From Candidatus Tenderia sp. (GTDB lineage: Bacteria > Pseudomonadota > Gammaproteobacteria > Tenderiales > Tenderiaceae): a DNA stretch of 37,343 bases. The position numbers and the translations under genes were made by a program. The notes beneath the pieces were generated by a model. That model saw nothing but the letters and a program-made list of their open reading frames with translations, ran no database searches and was not told where the DNA came from. How positions within the stretch are numbered: position 1 is the stretch's first letter; each line of letters opens with the position of its first letter. Shown here piece by piece: positions 18,733-28,754 of this stretch. The DNA lies in assembly GCA_031416075.1 (NCBI GenBank), contig JANOSY010000018.1, forward strand, positions 1 to 37,343, read 5' to 3'.

Positions 18733-19521
18733 ATGCCCTTAGATATTGATCGTCATGCCCAGATGGCCTCCCCGGTTCAGCGCTGGGATCCCCGCATCAA
18801 GTGGGTGGCGTTAATGGTGTTGATCTTTGCCACAGCGCTGCTCAAAACCCTCCCCATGGTACTGCTTGCCTTTGTGGTGGCGGCTGCGTTGTTGCTGTTG
18901 TCGAGAATACCGTTGGGGTTTGTTGCACACACAGTCAAATGGATTGTGCTTTTCCTATTGCCATTTTTCATATTACTCCCCGTTACTTATCCGGGAACGG
19001 TGGAGCTGCATCTGTTTGGCATCCCCTTTGCGATGGAGGGGGTGCGTCTGGCGCTGCTGGTGGTGGTTAAGTCGTTGGTGATTGTGATGATTGCCATTAC
19101 CCTGTTTGGATCCGTTCGATTTGATGTGGCGATGGTGGCGTTGCAGCGTTTGAAATGTCCCTCAATCATCGTGCAGATGCTGCTCTTCACCTACCGCTAT
19201 ATTTTTCTCTTTATGGCGGAGATGGAACGGATGGATATTGCCATGAAGGCGCGGGGGTTTATTAAAGGCCCCAACCTTTATACGTTAAAGGTATTAGGCG
19301 GATTTGTGGGTACGTTATTGATTCGTAGCTTTGAACGCACGGACCGTATTTATAAGGCGATGCTCTCCAAGGGGTATCAGGGGGAGCTGCATACGCTGGT
19401 GGAGTTTCGTGCGGTGCCAAAAGATATTATGAAGGCGGCGCTGGTGATTGTGGTGGCAGTAGCTCTGCTGGCCCTTGATCAGGCGGGGCTGTTCCAGATT
19501 GCTGAGCGATCCTGGTATTAG
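18733..19521 (+). CDS. nikQ: ECF transporter T component NikQ/CbiQ
   Basis: WDPRIK, FTYRYIF, AMKARGF and RSFERTDRIYKAMLSKGY. Confidence 0.88.
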   Translation: MPLDIDRHAQMASPVQRWDPRIKWVALMVLIFATALLKTLPMVLLAFVVAAALLLLSRIPLGFVAHTVKWIVLFLLPFFILLPVTYPGTVELHLFGIPFAMEGVRLALLVVVKSLVIVMIAITLFGSVRFDVAMVALQRLKCPSIIVQMLLFTYRYIFLFMAEMERMDIAMKARGFIKGPNLYTLKVLGGFVGTLLIRSFERTDRIYKAMLSKGYQGELHTLVEFRAVPKDIMKAALVIVVAVALLALDQAGLFQIAERSWY

Positions 19522-19532
19522 GAGTTTGAACG

Positions 19533-20603
19533 ATGAGCAACGAGTACGCCATTCAGGTCGACGATGTGCACTTCAGTTATCCCGACGGCCATAAGGTATT
19601 AAACGGGGCCAGTTGTAATATTCGTTACGGTGAGAAGGTGGCGCTGATCGGCCCGAATGGTGCGGGCAAATCAACCTTTATGAGTCTGCTGAATGGGGTG
19701 GCGCTGGCGACCAAAGGGCGGGTGGTGATCAGTGGTAAAGAGGTTAAAAAAGATAACCTTAAAGAGATCCGCCGTCAGGTGGGCATCGTTTTTCAGGACC
19801 CGGATGACCAGCTTTTCTGCCCCACAGTATTTGATGATGTTGCATTTGGTCCGCTGAACCTGGGTCTGCCCAGGCACGAGATTGAGGCACGTGTCAGCGA
19901 GGCGCTGGATACGGTGGGGTTGAACGGCTTTGAAACACGATCATCGTTCCATCTGTCGTTTGGTGAACGTAAACGGTTGGCGATGGCAACAGTGCTCTCA
20001 TATCAGCCCGATATTCTGGTGTTTGATGAGCCCTCCACCAACATGGATCCACTCAACCGCCGTAAGTTGATTCAGTGGCTCACCAACTCCGATAAAACCA
20101 TTCTACTCTGCACCCACGACCTTGATATCGCCCTGGATGTCTGTGACCGCTGCCTGGTGCTGGCGGATGGCCATTTTGTGGCGGATGGCAAGGCGTCCGA
20201 GATTCTGTATGACCGTAAATTGCTGGAGGTGAACCATCTGGAGTTGCCGTTGGCGCTGATGACCCACGAACTACTGCATGAAAAATTGAGCAGTGGCAAG
20301 ATGGATGCTGAACACAAACGGATTATTGCCAGTTTTTTACACGCCCACCGCCACTCCCACGGGCCGGAGGGGCACGAACATGTCCATATCCATTTTCACC
20401 CCCATGAACATCAGCACATGCACGGCGATGTGAGCAGTCAGCATGTGCATGAATCGTTTAAGGTAACCGCGATTGGTAAACAGGTGGTGAAGGGTGAACC
20501 GCACAGTGACCATGGCCACCACCATCACCATGATGATGGCCATACACACAGCCATGACGAGGGGCATGATGATCATACCCATGACACCCCGGGGCGTGAG
20601 TAG
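19533..20603 (+). CDS. nikO: ECF transporter ATPase NikO/CbiO with a long His-rich C-terminal extension
   Basis: [30 protein letters not shown] and THD. The last 87 aa contain 28 His. Confidence 0.9.
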   Translation: MSNEYAIQVDDVHFSYPDGHKVLNGASCNIRYGEKVALIGPNGAGKSTFMSLLNGVALATKGRVVISGKEVKKDNLKEIRRQVGIVFQDPDDQLFCPTVFDDVAFGPLNLGLPRHEIEARVSEALDTVGLNGFETRSSFHLSFGERKRLAMATVLSYQPDILVFDEPSTNMDPLNRRKLIQWLTNSDKTILLCTHDLDIALDVCDRCLVLADGHFVADGKASEILYDRKLLEVNHLELPLALMTHELLHEKLSSGKMDAEHKRIIASFLHAHRHSHGPEGHEHVHIHFHPHEHQHMHGDVSSQHVHESFKVTAIGKQVVKGEPHSDHGHHHHHDDGHTHSHDEGHDDHTHDTPGRE

Positions 20604-20622
20604 TCAGCGGCGGACACTATAG

Positions 20623-21204
20623 ATGGTAGAGATAGAACGACAGATTGCGCACCTGCAACTTTCGGTTTACAACATCCTGCAGCAGTATCCTGCCGGTATT
20701 AGCGAGTTTGAGTTGTTGGCGGCGCTGGAGGCGCAGCAGCAGGTGGCGGCGGTATATGCCACGGATCTCAGCATGTTTCAGTGTCACTTTGTGCTGTTTC
20801 ACACACTCTACCGTCTGCGTGATGAGTTGCGGCAGGCGGGCACACATGATGTTGAGATCCACTGCCTCAAGATTGGGCTGGTTCCGATGCGGACCTCTGA
20901 CTCAATGGCGATCACCCGCCATGACCCGTTGCGAGACTATTACCTTGATTTAACTAATCTTAAGCTGACAACAGAGGTCGACGTACAGAATCTGTTGGAG
21001 CGTTTTTGGCAACGCTTCACTGCCGCAGATAGCCCGCTTCAGGCCTTGGCGGTGCTCGGGTTATCAGAGCCTGTCAGTTATGATGAGGTGAAGGCGCAAT
21101 ACCGCCGTCTGGTGATGCAGCACCATCCAGACCGTGGTGGTGATAAGGATCTGTTGCAACAGATCAACCATGCCATGCGCCAACTCAAACTCTTTTATTC
21201 ATAA
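20623..21204 (+). CDS. DnaJ-related domain protein with a C-terminal J domain
   Basis: GISEFELL, FQCHFVLFHTLYRLR, LRDYYLD and J-domain HHPDRGGD. Confidence 0.88.
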   Translation: MVEIERQIAHLQLSVYNILQQYPAGISEFELLAALEAQQQVAAVYATDLSMFQCHFVLFHTLYRLRDELRQAGTHDVEIHCLKIGLVPMRTSDSMAITRHDPLRDYYLDLTNLKLTTEVDVQNLLERFWQRFTAADSPLQALAVLGLSEPVSYDEVKAQYRRLVMQHHPDRGGDKDLLQQINHAMRQLKLFYS

Positions 21205-21288
21205 AACCAATACGTTAGTCTTTAAAAAATGTTTAAGGCGCGCTGATTATACCTGGCAGTGTCACCACCGGAATCTCTGCTCTTCATT

Positions 21289-21876
21289 ATGAAAATAAGT
21301 CTGTTTTCAAGATCCAAAGGGAATGGCACTTCGTTTGAAGAGCTGCTTGCCCCCCATGTTGAACCCCTGTATCGATTGGCCTTCCGTTTTTGTGGTTCGC
21401 AGCATGGCGCTGAAGATCTGGTGCAGGATCTGCTGATCAAACTGTACGAAAAGCACAATGAACTATTGAAGGTGGAGAATTTGCGCCCCTGGTTGGCACG
21501 TTCACTACGCAACCACTTTATCGATACCTTGCGCCAGCAGCAGCGCTCACCTATTGAGTATGGTCATGAGGCGCGTGGTGAAGAGTCTGGTGGCCATCAA
21601 TCTGATTATGGTGCTGATCCGGCACACCATCTGGCCATGACCCAGCTACAAGAGAGCATCCTGGTGGCGATGGCGTCGCTCAATGAGGAGCAGAGGACAC
21701 TGGTTATGATGCATGATCTGGAGTCGTATACACTGGCGGAGATTGCCGAGATATTGGAGACCCCTATTGGCACGCTGAAGTCACGTCTGCATCGCAGTCG
21801 TGCCCGGCTCAGAGAGATTCTCGAAGCGGGAACCATTTCCGTTGGTTCAGCGTGTTTAGAGGAGAGAGGTGAGTAA
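21289..21876 (+). CDS. ECF sigma-70 factor
   Basis: Region 2 (LYRLAFR, AEDLVQD, WLAR...N..ID) and region 4 (EIAEILETPIGTLKSRLHRSR). The start could be GTG at 21259. Confidence 0.93.
   Translation: MKISLFSRSKGNGTSFEELLAPHVEPLYRLAFRFCGSQHGAEDLVQDLLIKLYEKHNELLKVENLRPWLARSLRNHFIDTLRQQQRSPIEYGHEARGEESGGHQSDYGADPAHHLAMTQLQESILVAMASLNEEQRTLVMMHDLESYTLAEIAEILETPIGTLKSRLHRSRARLREILEAGTISVGSACLEERGE
21829..21855 (+). promoter_or_regulatory. Candidate ECF-type promoter inside the 3' end of the sigma gene
   Basis: GGAAC-N17-CGTGT, followed by a purine-rich RBS (aggagagagg) and the anti-sigma start. Confidence 0.55.
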
Positions 21877-21877
21877 A

Positions 21878-22558
21878 ATGGGCAAAATGGAGTGTATTCA
21901 GTGGCAACAACGGCTTGATGACTACGTCGATGGTCAGCTGAGTGTGGTGGATATGTCCGCCATGCAGCAGCATGTCGCGGTGTGCCCGGACTGCCGTGTA
22001 TTGCTGGAACAGCAGGGCCGACTGATGCAGTCGTTGCGGGCGATGCCCGTGCCGCCGCTGCGCACGGGGTTTACTCCTCAGGCACTAAAGCTGGCGGTGG
22101 TGCAGGGGCAACAGCGTCGTCGCGGTTTTGCTACTGGCTTCAGCAGTGCCCTGGCAGCGGGTGTCGCCCTCTGGGCGGTGGTCGCCTTTATGATGCCAGA
22201 CAGATCGTTACAGCCCGACGGGGTGGCCCAGGTTCAGTTGGCACTCTATCAGGAGAGCACTGTTAATCTGGTCTTTTACTCACCCAATCCGGTGAGCAGT
22301 GCCACGCTCTCCATTGCGTTGCCCGACAATGTTGAGCTGGTGGGGTTTCCGGGGGAGCGGACAATCTCCTGGCAGACCGCTCTGACAGAGGGGCAGAATG
22401 TCTTGCCACTGCCACTCCGTGCCAGTGGCCAGGCCAGCAGCCAGCTGTTAGCGAGCATTGAGTCTGGCGGTAGCAAAAAAAGCTTCCATCTTCAGATTGG
22501 TGTGTTTGAGCCTGGACGTACCAGCCTGCCATCGCCACTCTTAAAAAATATGGTGTGA
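21878..22558 (+). CDS. Zinc-finger (zf-HC2/ZAS) transmembrane anti-sigma factor
   Basis: C..W...LDDYVDGQL...HVAVCPDC (HxxxCxxC), one TM segment, and a beta-rich periplasmic C-terminal domain. Confidence 0.88.
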   Translation: MGKMECIQWQQRLDDYVDGQLSVVDMSAMQQHVAVCPDCRVLLEQQGRLMQSLRAMPVPPLRTGFTPQALKLAVVQGQQRRRGFATGFSSALAAGVALWAVVAFMMPDRSLQPDGVAQVQLALYQESTVNLVFYSPNPVSSATLSIALPDNVELVGFPGERTISWQTALTEGQNVLPLPLRASGQASSQLLASIESGGSKKSFHLQIGVFEPGRTSLPSPLLKNMV

Positions 22559-22583
22559 TGGTTGACATGTATAGGAGCCTATT

Positions 22584-22991
22584 GTGAAGAGGTTTAGATT
22601 AGCCATTCTGGCCACGCTGCTACTGGCGCTTGCAGGCGCAGTGCAGGCGCGGGACGGTATCGATGAGATCACCATGCAGGTGATGGAGGATATTGTTAAA
22701 GAGGATAAGAGGAGTGGTGTCCGTTATCTGGAGCTGCCCCGCCCGGCGACGCACAAAAAAGCGGAGACTCAAGGGGGAGAGCGTGGCCAGAAAAAACCGC
22801 AACCTACTGATAAAGAAAATAAAAAAGAGCAGAAAAACGAACGGTATAACAGCGAAAAGCAACGCAAGGATGATGGCGATAGCAAGGAACGTCGTGATGA
22901 AAAACGTGAGTCTCGTATGGATGACCGTTCCGGCGTAGAGGAGTATCGTCATAAACGTGACGCCGATGGACATAAGTCTGATAACGATTGA
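22584..22991 (+). CDS. Secreted hypothetical protein with a highly charged low-complexity tail
   Basis: AGGAG RBS, GTG start, signal peptide (AVQA|R), short motif EITMQVME..LELP, then a K/E/R/D-rich region. Confidence 0.7.
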   Translation: MKRFRLAILATLLLALAGAVQARDGIDEITMQVMEDIVKEDKRSGVRYLELPRPATHKKAETQGGERGQKKPQPTDKENKKEQKNERYNSEKQRKDDGDSKERRDEKRESRMDDRSGVEEYRHKRDADGHKSDND

Positions 22992-23026
22992 CAGGGTGGT
23001 CGGGTAAGAGATCGGTAGGGGGCAAT

Positions 23027-24364
23027 ATGGGTAGTTGGAAAAATGCCCTCGCCAGGGTTGGGGTTGTACTGTTTTTGACTTTTCCGCCGTCACCGTACGC
23101 TAAACCGGAGAGTGTGGCGGGCACTTTGTATAACGATGCGGTCGCTGCCATGCGTGCTGAAAACTACAGTGCTGCCGAAGGTCTGTTTGAACGGGCGCGC
23201 CGGGCCGGGCTTGATACTGCGGCGCTGCATTACAACAGTGGAGTTGTTTTTTATAAGCTAGGACGGTACCCGCAGGCCAAGTCAGCCTTTATGGCCTTTA
23301 AGAAAAGTGGGGGGAACCCGGCCCTGGCGCACTTTAATCTGGGGCTGACCACTTACCGTATGGGGCAGTATCGTGAGGCGCGAAACTGGCTCAAGCTTGC
23401 AGTTGCCGACTCCAGCAACCCACGGTTGTCAGAGATGGCGACAGAGATGCTGGCTACCGTTGAAGGGGCAGAGAAGGGAATGGCGTCTGTGGCGGAGGCG
23501 GAATCTCCCTGGGCGCTGGCGGCAGATCTGAAATGGGGTGTTGACGACAATCTTACCCTTGAAAACAGTGAGTTGGGGCAGGCGACACGCCTCAAAGACA
23601 GTTATTTTGATCTCTATGCGGCTGCCCGCTACCAGCTCTCGGGTGACAGGGGAGAGGGTATCTGGGGGCAACTCTCGGCTGCATCGCAGCAGTACCGGCA
23701 ATACCCCCTCTATGACTACGGTCAATATGATGTTGGGCTGTTTAAGGCGAGCGCTTATGGCCTATTGGCCACCGGTGTGGGGTTGCGCTTCTCTCACAGT
23801 ACGGTCGGTGGTGGCAGTTATCTGCAGAAATATACCCTGCGTCTCCAGGGTGACTACGCCCACCGCCCCACGCAGCGGTTACGCCTCCGTTACGATATCA
23901 GCCGTTATGATCCGACCGATAACCGATATGGCTACATCGCCGGTTTGAAGGGCAATCTTAATATTGAGGGTTCCTGGTACGTGGGTGTGCGCAGGTACAG
24001 GGTGGGTTACGACTGGGAAAACAGCAGTCGTGATGACGATCTGTCGGGCAACAACTTTACCAGCTACTCAGCGGCACGCCACGAGATATCGGCCTCTGTG
24101 GCCCAGAAGGTTGCTGGCAATCTGCAACTTACCGTGGGCGGGGACTATCGCCAGAGTCGTTATCACGATGCGGATGTGAGCGCTGGGGTGACCGGTTTGC
24201 GTCGGGAAGATGAGCGTTGGCGCTGGATGTTGACAGCAGAATATCGGCTCACCCGTTACCTCGATCTTGTGGCCGAATACCACTACAGCGATAACGACTC
24301 CAATCTTTCCGCTAGCCGATACCGGCAAAATCAGTATCTGCTGGGGCTACAGGGTAATTTTTAA
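23027..24364 (+). CDS. TPR-containing outer-membrane beta-barrel protein (Slam/DUF560-like architecture)
   Basis: TPRs (ALHYNSGVVFYKLGRY, LAHFNLGL), GVDDN barrel start, alternating aromatic strands, C-terminus YLLGLQGNF. The start is uncertain (22988 or 23027). Confidence 0.75.
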   Translation: MGSWKNALARVGVVLFLTFPPSPYAKPESVAGTLYNDAVAAMRAENYSAAEGLFERARRAGLDTAALHYNSGVVFYKLGRYPQAKSAFMAFKKSGGNPALAHFNLGLTTYRMGQYREARNWLKLAVADSSNPRLSEMATEMLATVEGAEKGMASVAEAESPWALAADLKWGVDDNLTLENSELGQATRLKDSYFDLYAAARYQLSGDRGEGIWGQLSAASQQYRQYPLYDYGQYDVGLFKASAYGLLATGVGLRFSHSTVGGGSYLQKYTLRLQGDYAHRPTQRLRLRYDISRYDPTDNRYGYIAGLKGNLNIEGSWYVGVRRYRVGYDWENSSRDDDLSGNNFTSYSAARHEISASVAQKVAGNLQLTVGGDYRQSRYHDADVSAGVTGLRREDERWRWMLTAEYRLTRYLDLVAEYHYSDNDSNLSASRYRQNQYLLGLQGNF

Positions 24365-24446
24365 GATTCTGTTCACAGTCGCCGGAATGAGTCTAAATAG
24401 GGTAAAATGGCCTCCCGTTTACTCAGCCACATAAGCCGCCACGTCC

Positions 24447-26609
24447 ATGGAATCAGCCACTAATATCTTCTCCTACCGTAAATACTGGGCCAAACGCTTT
24501 GGTGTCGCCCCGGTATTGCCCATGTCACGTGCCGAGATGGACCAGCTTGGCTGGGACAGCTGCGATGTGATTCTGGTGACGGGCGATGCCTATGTCGATC
24601 ATCCCAGTTTTGGCATGGCGCTGATTGGCCGACTGCTGGAGGCACAGGGGTTCCGGGTTGGCATCATTGCCCAGCCGGACTGGAACAGTGCCGATGCCTT
24701 TAAGGCGCTGGGGCGGCCCAACCTCTTTTGGGGGGTGACGGCGGGCAACATGGATTCGATGGTCAACCGTTATACCTCCGAGCGCCGCATGCGTTCTGAT
24801 GACTCCTACTCACCGGATGGCAAGGGTGGTACCCGTCCGGACCGCTCCGTGATGGTTTATGCCCAGCGTTGCCGCGAGGCGTATAAGGATGTGCCGCTGG
24901 TCATTGGGGGTATTGAGGCGAGTCTGCGTCGCATCGCCCACTATGACTACTGGTCTGACAAGGTGCGTCGCTCCATATTGCCGGACTCCAAGGCTGATCT
25001 GCTGGTATACGGCAACGGTGAACGTCAGGTGGTGGAGATTGCCCATCGTCTGGCCGCCGGTGAGCCGATTGATACCCTGACCGATATTCGTGGCACCTCG
25101 TTTATGTGTAAGTCAGTGCATGAGGGGTGGCTGGAGATCGACTCAAGCACGGTGGATGAGCCGGGCGCAGTTCAGCCCCACAAAAATCCGTATGAGCAGA
25201 CCCAGACTGCCGCCACCTGCAACGACAAGGCGGCGGAGATGGTGGCGGGCAAGATCAGCGATCAGAAGATCATCCAGTTTCAGCCGCCGGTGAAGAAGCG
25301 GGTTGACCGCGCCCGCAGCGTGATTCGACTGCCCGCCTATGAGAAGGTCAAAGAAGATTCGGTGTTGTACGCCCATGCTGCCCGCATCCTGCATCTCGAG
25401 ACCAACCCCGGCAACGCCCGTGCCTTGGTGCAGCGCCACGGTGATCGTGATGTCTGGCTTAATCCGCCGCCTATTCCACTGACCACCAAAGAGTTTGATG
25501 GTGTCTTTGAGCTGACCTATACCCGGTTGCCGCATCCCAGTTATCAAGAGGCACGCATTCCGGCCTACGAGATGATTCGTTTCTCTATTAATATAATGCG
25601 TGGCTGTTTTGGTGGTTGCACCTTCTGCTCAATCACCGAGCACGAAGGGCGCATCATTCAGGACCGTTCCGAGGCGTCGATCCTCAAGGAGATTGAGACC
25701 ATTCGCGATACCGTGCCCGGCTTTACCGGCCACATCTCCGACCTTGGCGGGCCAACGGCCAACATGTATCAGCTGCACTGTCGTACGCCAGAGATCGAGT
25801 CGGCCTGTCGCCGTCTCTCCTGTGTCTATCCCGACATCTGTAGCAATCTCAAGACCGATCATGGCCCGCTGGTACAGCTCTACCGCAAGGCACGCGCCTT
25901 GCCGGGCATCAAAAAGATCTTTGTTGCCTCAGGTTTGCGTTACGATCTGGCGGTGTTGTCACCGGAATATGTGAAGGAGTTGGTGACACATCACGTTGGT
26001 GGTTATCTCAAGATCGCGCCCGAACATATCGAAGAGGGGCCGCTGAGCAAGATGATGAAACCGGGCATTGGTGCCTATGACCGCTTTAAAGAGATGTTTG
26101 ATAAATACTCACTTGAGGCGGGTAAAGAGCAGTATCTGATCCCCTATTTTATTGCCGCCCATCCTGGTTCCACGAATGAAGATATGCTTAATCTGGCCAT
26201 TTGGCTGAAAAAGAACGATTTCCGTCTCGACCAGGTGCAGACCTTCCTGCCATCCCCCATGGCGCTGGCAACGGCGATGTACCACAGTGAGCGTAATCCG
26301 CTGCGCAAGATCCGCCGTGATGATGAAAAGTTGCTGACCGCCAAAGGGGGGCGGCAACGGCGGGTTCAGAAGGCGTTTTTACGCTACCACGATGCCGAAA
26401 ACTGGCCGCTGCTGCGTGAAGCGCTGAAGGAGATGGGGCGAACTGACTTGATTGGTAACGGTAAACGCCATCTAATACCGACATGGCAACCGCACGGAAC
26501 GGGCAAGAGTCCCGAAGGCACTCGCCGTGCACCCCTGGTGGCCAGGGCTAAAAATGGACGGCCGGAACATAAACCCGCCGGACGGACAGCGGCTAAGCGG
26601 GGGGGGTAG
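24447..26609 (+). CDS. ygiQ: YgiQ family (UPF0313) radical SAM protein
   Basis: [30 protein letters not shown] (CxxxCxxC), [10 protein letters not shown] and YFIAAHPG. Confidence 0.95.
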   Translation: MESATNIFSYRKYWAKRFGVAPVLPMSRAEMDQLGWDSCDVILVTGDAYVDHPSFGMALIGRLLEAQGFRVGIIAQPDWNSADAFKALGRPNLFWGVTAGNMDSMVNRYTSERRMRSDDSYSPDGKGGTRPDRSVMVYAQRCREAYKDVPLVIGGIEASLRRIAHYDYWSDKVRRSILPDSKADLLVYGNGERQVVEIAHRLAAGEPIDTLTDIRGTSFMCKSVHEGWLEIDSSTVDEPGAVQPHKNPYEQTQTAATCNDKAAEMVAGKISDQKIIQFQPPVKKRVDRARSVIRLPAYEKVKEDSVLYAHAARILHLETNPGNARALVQRHGDRDVWLNPPPIPLTTKEFDGVFELTYTRLPHPSYQEARIPAYEMIRFSINIMRGCFGGCTFCSITEHEGRIIQDRSEASILKEIETIRDTVPGFTGHISDLGGPTANMYQLHCRTPEIESACRRLSCVYPDICSNLKTDHGPLVQLYRKARALPGIKKIFVASGLRYDLAVLSPEYVKELVTHHVGGYLKIAPEHIEEGPLSKMMKPGIGAYDRFKEMFDKYSLEAGKEQYLIPYFIAAHPGSTNEDMLNLAIWLKKNDFRLDQVQTFLPSPMALATAMYHSERNPLRKIRRDDEKLLTAKGGRQRRVQKAFLRYHDAENWPLLREALKEMGRTDLIGNGKRHLIPTWQPHGTGKSPEGTRRAPLVARAKNGRPEHKPAGRTAAKRGG

Positions 26610-26690
26610 TCCCCTTACTTTGTAAAAATAAAACCCTGTTTTTAAACTGCGGGTACAACCCGCCCGTTGCACTAACAAGCTGAGCCTGCG

Positions 26691-27488
26691 ATGGTTGAAA
26701 TAGTGGTGGTCTACCTGCTGCTGGGGGCGCTGGCCGGGCTGGTTGCCGGGCTGTTAGGCGTGGGTGGCGGGGTTGTCATTGTGCCGGTGCTGGTTGTGCT
26801 GTTTCAAGTACAAGGGTTTGATTCAGCGAACATTATGCATCTGGCACTGGGCACCTCGCTGGCGACCATCGCGATTACCTCACTCTCATCCATGATGGCT
26901 CACCATCGTTTGGGTTCACTCCACTGGCACACCGCATTATGGTTAGCGCCAGGATTAGTGCTGGGTGCGCTGCTGGGTGCGCTGCTGGCTGATCAGATGG
27001 CAAGTGTTGCGTTGCAGCGTCTGTTTGGGCTGTTTGAAGTGGCGGTGGCGCTTTACATGTTGTTGGGTAAAGTGGCCAAAGGTGTGGTGGAGCGGGTGAT
27101 TGCAGTGTCAGAGTTGATGACGGTGGGGCTGTTTGTGGGCACGCTTTCATCACTGCTTGGCATTGGCGGTGGCTCGATGACGGTCCCCTATCTGAGCTGG
27201 CGTGGGCGGTCGATGCGTGAAGCGGTGGCCGTCTCATCGGCGGCTGGCTTTCCGATTGCGATAGCGGGAGGGGTTGGTTATCTGCTCACCGGGCTGGATG
27301 CAACATCACTGCCCAGCTTTGCTACCGGTTATCTCTACTGGCCAGCGCTTATTGCCATTGGCAGCGTCAGTCTGTTGGTGGCCCCCCACGGTGCGCGGTT
27401 GGCCCACCGTCTGCCGGTGGCCCGGTTAAAACAGCTCTTTGCGGCTGTCCTGCTGCTGGTCGGTCTGGCGATGCTGCTTAAAGCGTAA
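26691..27488 (+). CDS. Sulfite exporter TauE/SafE family membrane protein
   Basis: GLLGVGGG, ALGTSLA and LLGIGGG repeats. Hydrophobic throughout. Confidence 0.92.
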   Translation: MVEIVVVYLLLGALAGLVAGLLGVGGGVVIVPVLVVLFQVQGFDSANIMHLALGTSLATIAITSLSSMMAHHRLGSLHWHTALWLAPGLVLGALLGALLADQMASVALQRLFGLFEVAVALYMLLGKVAKGVVERVIAVSELMTVGLFVGTLSSLLGIGGGSMTVPYLSWRGRSMREAVAVSSAAGFPIAIAGGVGYLLTGLDATSLPSFATGYLYWPALIAIGSVSLLVAPHGARLAHRLPVARLKQLFAAVLLLVGLAMLLKA

Positions 27489-27547
27489 CCTGCTTTGTCG
27501 ATTATTCTGCCGTTAATAAGACATATACCATACAGTTATTCTGCTTT

Positions 27548-27563
27548 TGTGAAGTGAGTCACG
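27548..27563. promoter_or_regulatory. CRP-family-like site upstream of the Sel1 gene
   Basis: TGTGA-agtgag-TCACG (9/10 match to TGTGA-N6-TCACA). Confidence 0.4.
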
Positions 27564-27628
27564 GTAAATAGACTCTTCAGTCGCTACAAATAGGCTAGGT
27601 GTAGTCAGTTTGTAGAAGGAGAGTCGAG

Positions 27629-28012
27629 ATGTTTAGAAAAGCGGGTTGGCAGGTGGCGCTACTGGTTGTGTCATTGTTGGGGGTGGCCCAGACAGCACAC
27701 GCGGCGGAGGGCATGAGAGCCAGCTTTGATGCGGTGGAACGGGGGTATTTTGATAGCGCCGTGACGATCTGGAAGGCGTTGGCAGAAAAGGGTGATCCAC
27801 AGGCCCAGTTTAATCTTGGTTTGATGTACCACAGTGGTTTGGGCATCGCCCAGAGTGAAGGTGAGGCGGTGAAGTGGTATCAAAAAGCCGCTGAAGGAGG
27901 GTACTCGGCGGCCCGTGTCTATCTGGCAGTCGGTTACGAAGAGGGGTGGTTTGGCCTACCGCAGGATCAACAAAAAGCGCTCTATTGGCGTGAAATCTTA
28001 GGGCAGAACTGA
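27629..28012 (+). CDS. Small secreted Sel1-like repeat protein
   Basis: Signal peptide, LAEKGDPQAQFNLGLMY, and YEEGWFGLPQD. Confidence 0.88.
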   Translation: MFRKAGWQVALLVVSLLGVAQTAHAAEGMRASFDAVERGYFDSAVTIWKALAEKGDPQAQFNLGLMYHSGLGIAQSEGEAVKWYQKAAEGGYSAARVYLAVGYEEGWFGLPQDQQKALYWREILGQN

Positions 28013-28173
28013 GCATTTCCACTGACTATTGGTGGGCAGCGGGTTTGATGTTGCTGTAATAAAGTTCTTTTTCACTATTAATTCCGGATGTTATCAAGCG
28101 CTTGGGGCTATGCTCCGGACCATTCTTTGGTATGATCTTTATATTAAGGTATATCTATCTGAGTGGAGGAACT

Positions 28174-28635
28174 ATGGCAGCGATAACGGATAAGCCGCAG
28201 ACTGATCGACGCGGACGTTCATTGGTGATGATCAATAAGTTAGTTGATTCGCGGACAAAGATGTTGGCGCTCTATTCGCAACTTGCCCGGCAGAAGCCGT
28301 TTGTGGGCAATGTTGAAGTGCCTGGTTTGCTTGAGGAGTTTTGTCAGGCGCTGGTAGATTATGCTGCCAACGCCCATTTTCAGCTCTACCGCTACTTTGC
28401 CGAGAAGAACGAGCGCCGTCAGGAGATCCACGTGGTGGCCAAAAATATCTATCCGGATATTCTTGAAATCACTAACAAGGTGCTCGACTTTAACGATAAA
28501 TATGATTGTGGTGACCACTGTGCCCAGTTCAGTGAGCTGGAAAGTGACCTCTCCAGTGTGGGTGAGTTGCTGGCCGATCGTATTGAGCTGGAAGATAAAC
28601 TGATTGCTGCCTTTGGTTATAGTTTCGACGACTGA
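28174..28635 (+). CDS. rsd: Rsd/AlgQ family anti-sigma-70 factor
   Basis: FCQALVDY..AHFQLY, LDFNDKY and GELLADRIELEDKLI. GGAGGA RBS before the ATG at 28174. Confidence 0.88.
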   Translation: MAAITDKPQTDRRGRSLVMINKLVDSRTKMLALYSQLARQKPFVGNVEVPGLLEEFCQALVDYAANAHFQLYRYFAEKNERRQEIHVVAKNIYPDILEITNKVLDFNDKYDCGDHCAQFSELESDLSSVGELLADRIELEDKLIAAFGYSFDD

Positions 28636-28754
28636 GCCGTTCAGATTGATATATTCTTAAAAAAACCTGCCCCGCTCTGGGGTGGGCTGTTCTATACAGC
28701 TATACGCTGTGACCGATTAAATCCCCTCTGATAGCAGTAGCGAAGATAAACATA

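Noticed and set aside
20340-20600. CAT/CAC-rich repetitive DNA as a tandem repeat or CRISPR
   Set aside because: Explained by His codons, with no fixed repeat-spacer periodicity. No CRISPR array was seen anywhere in the window.
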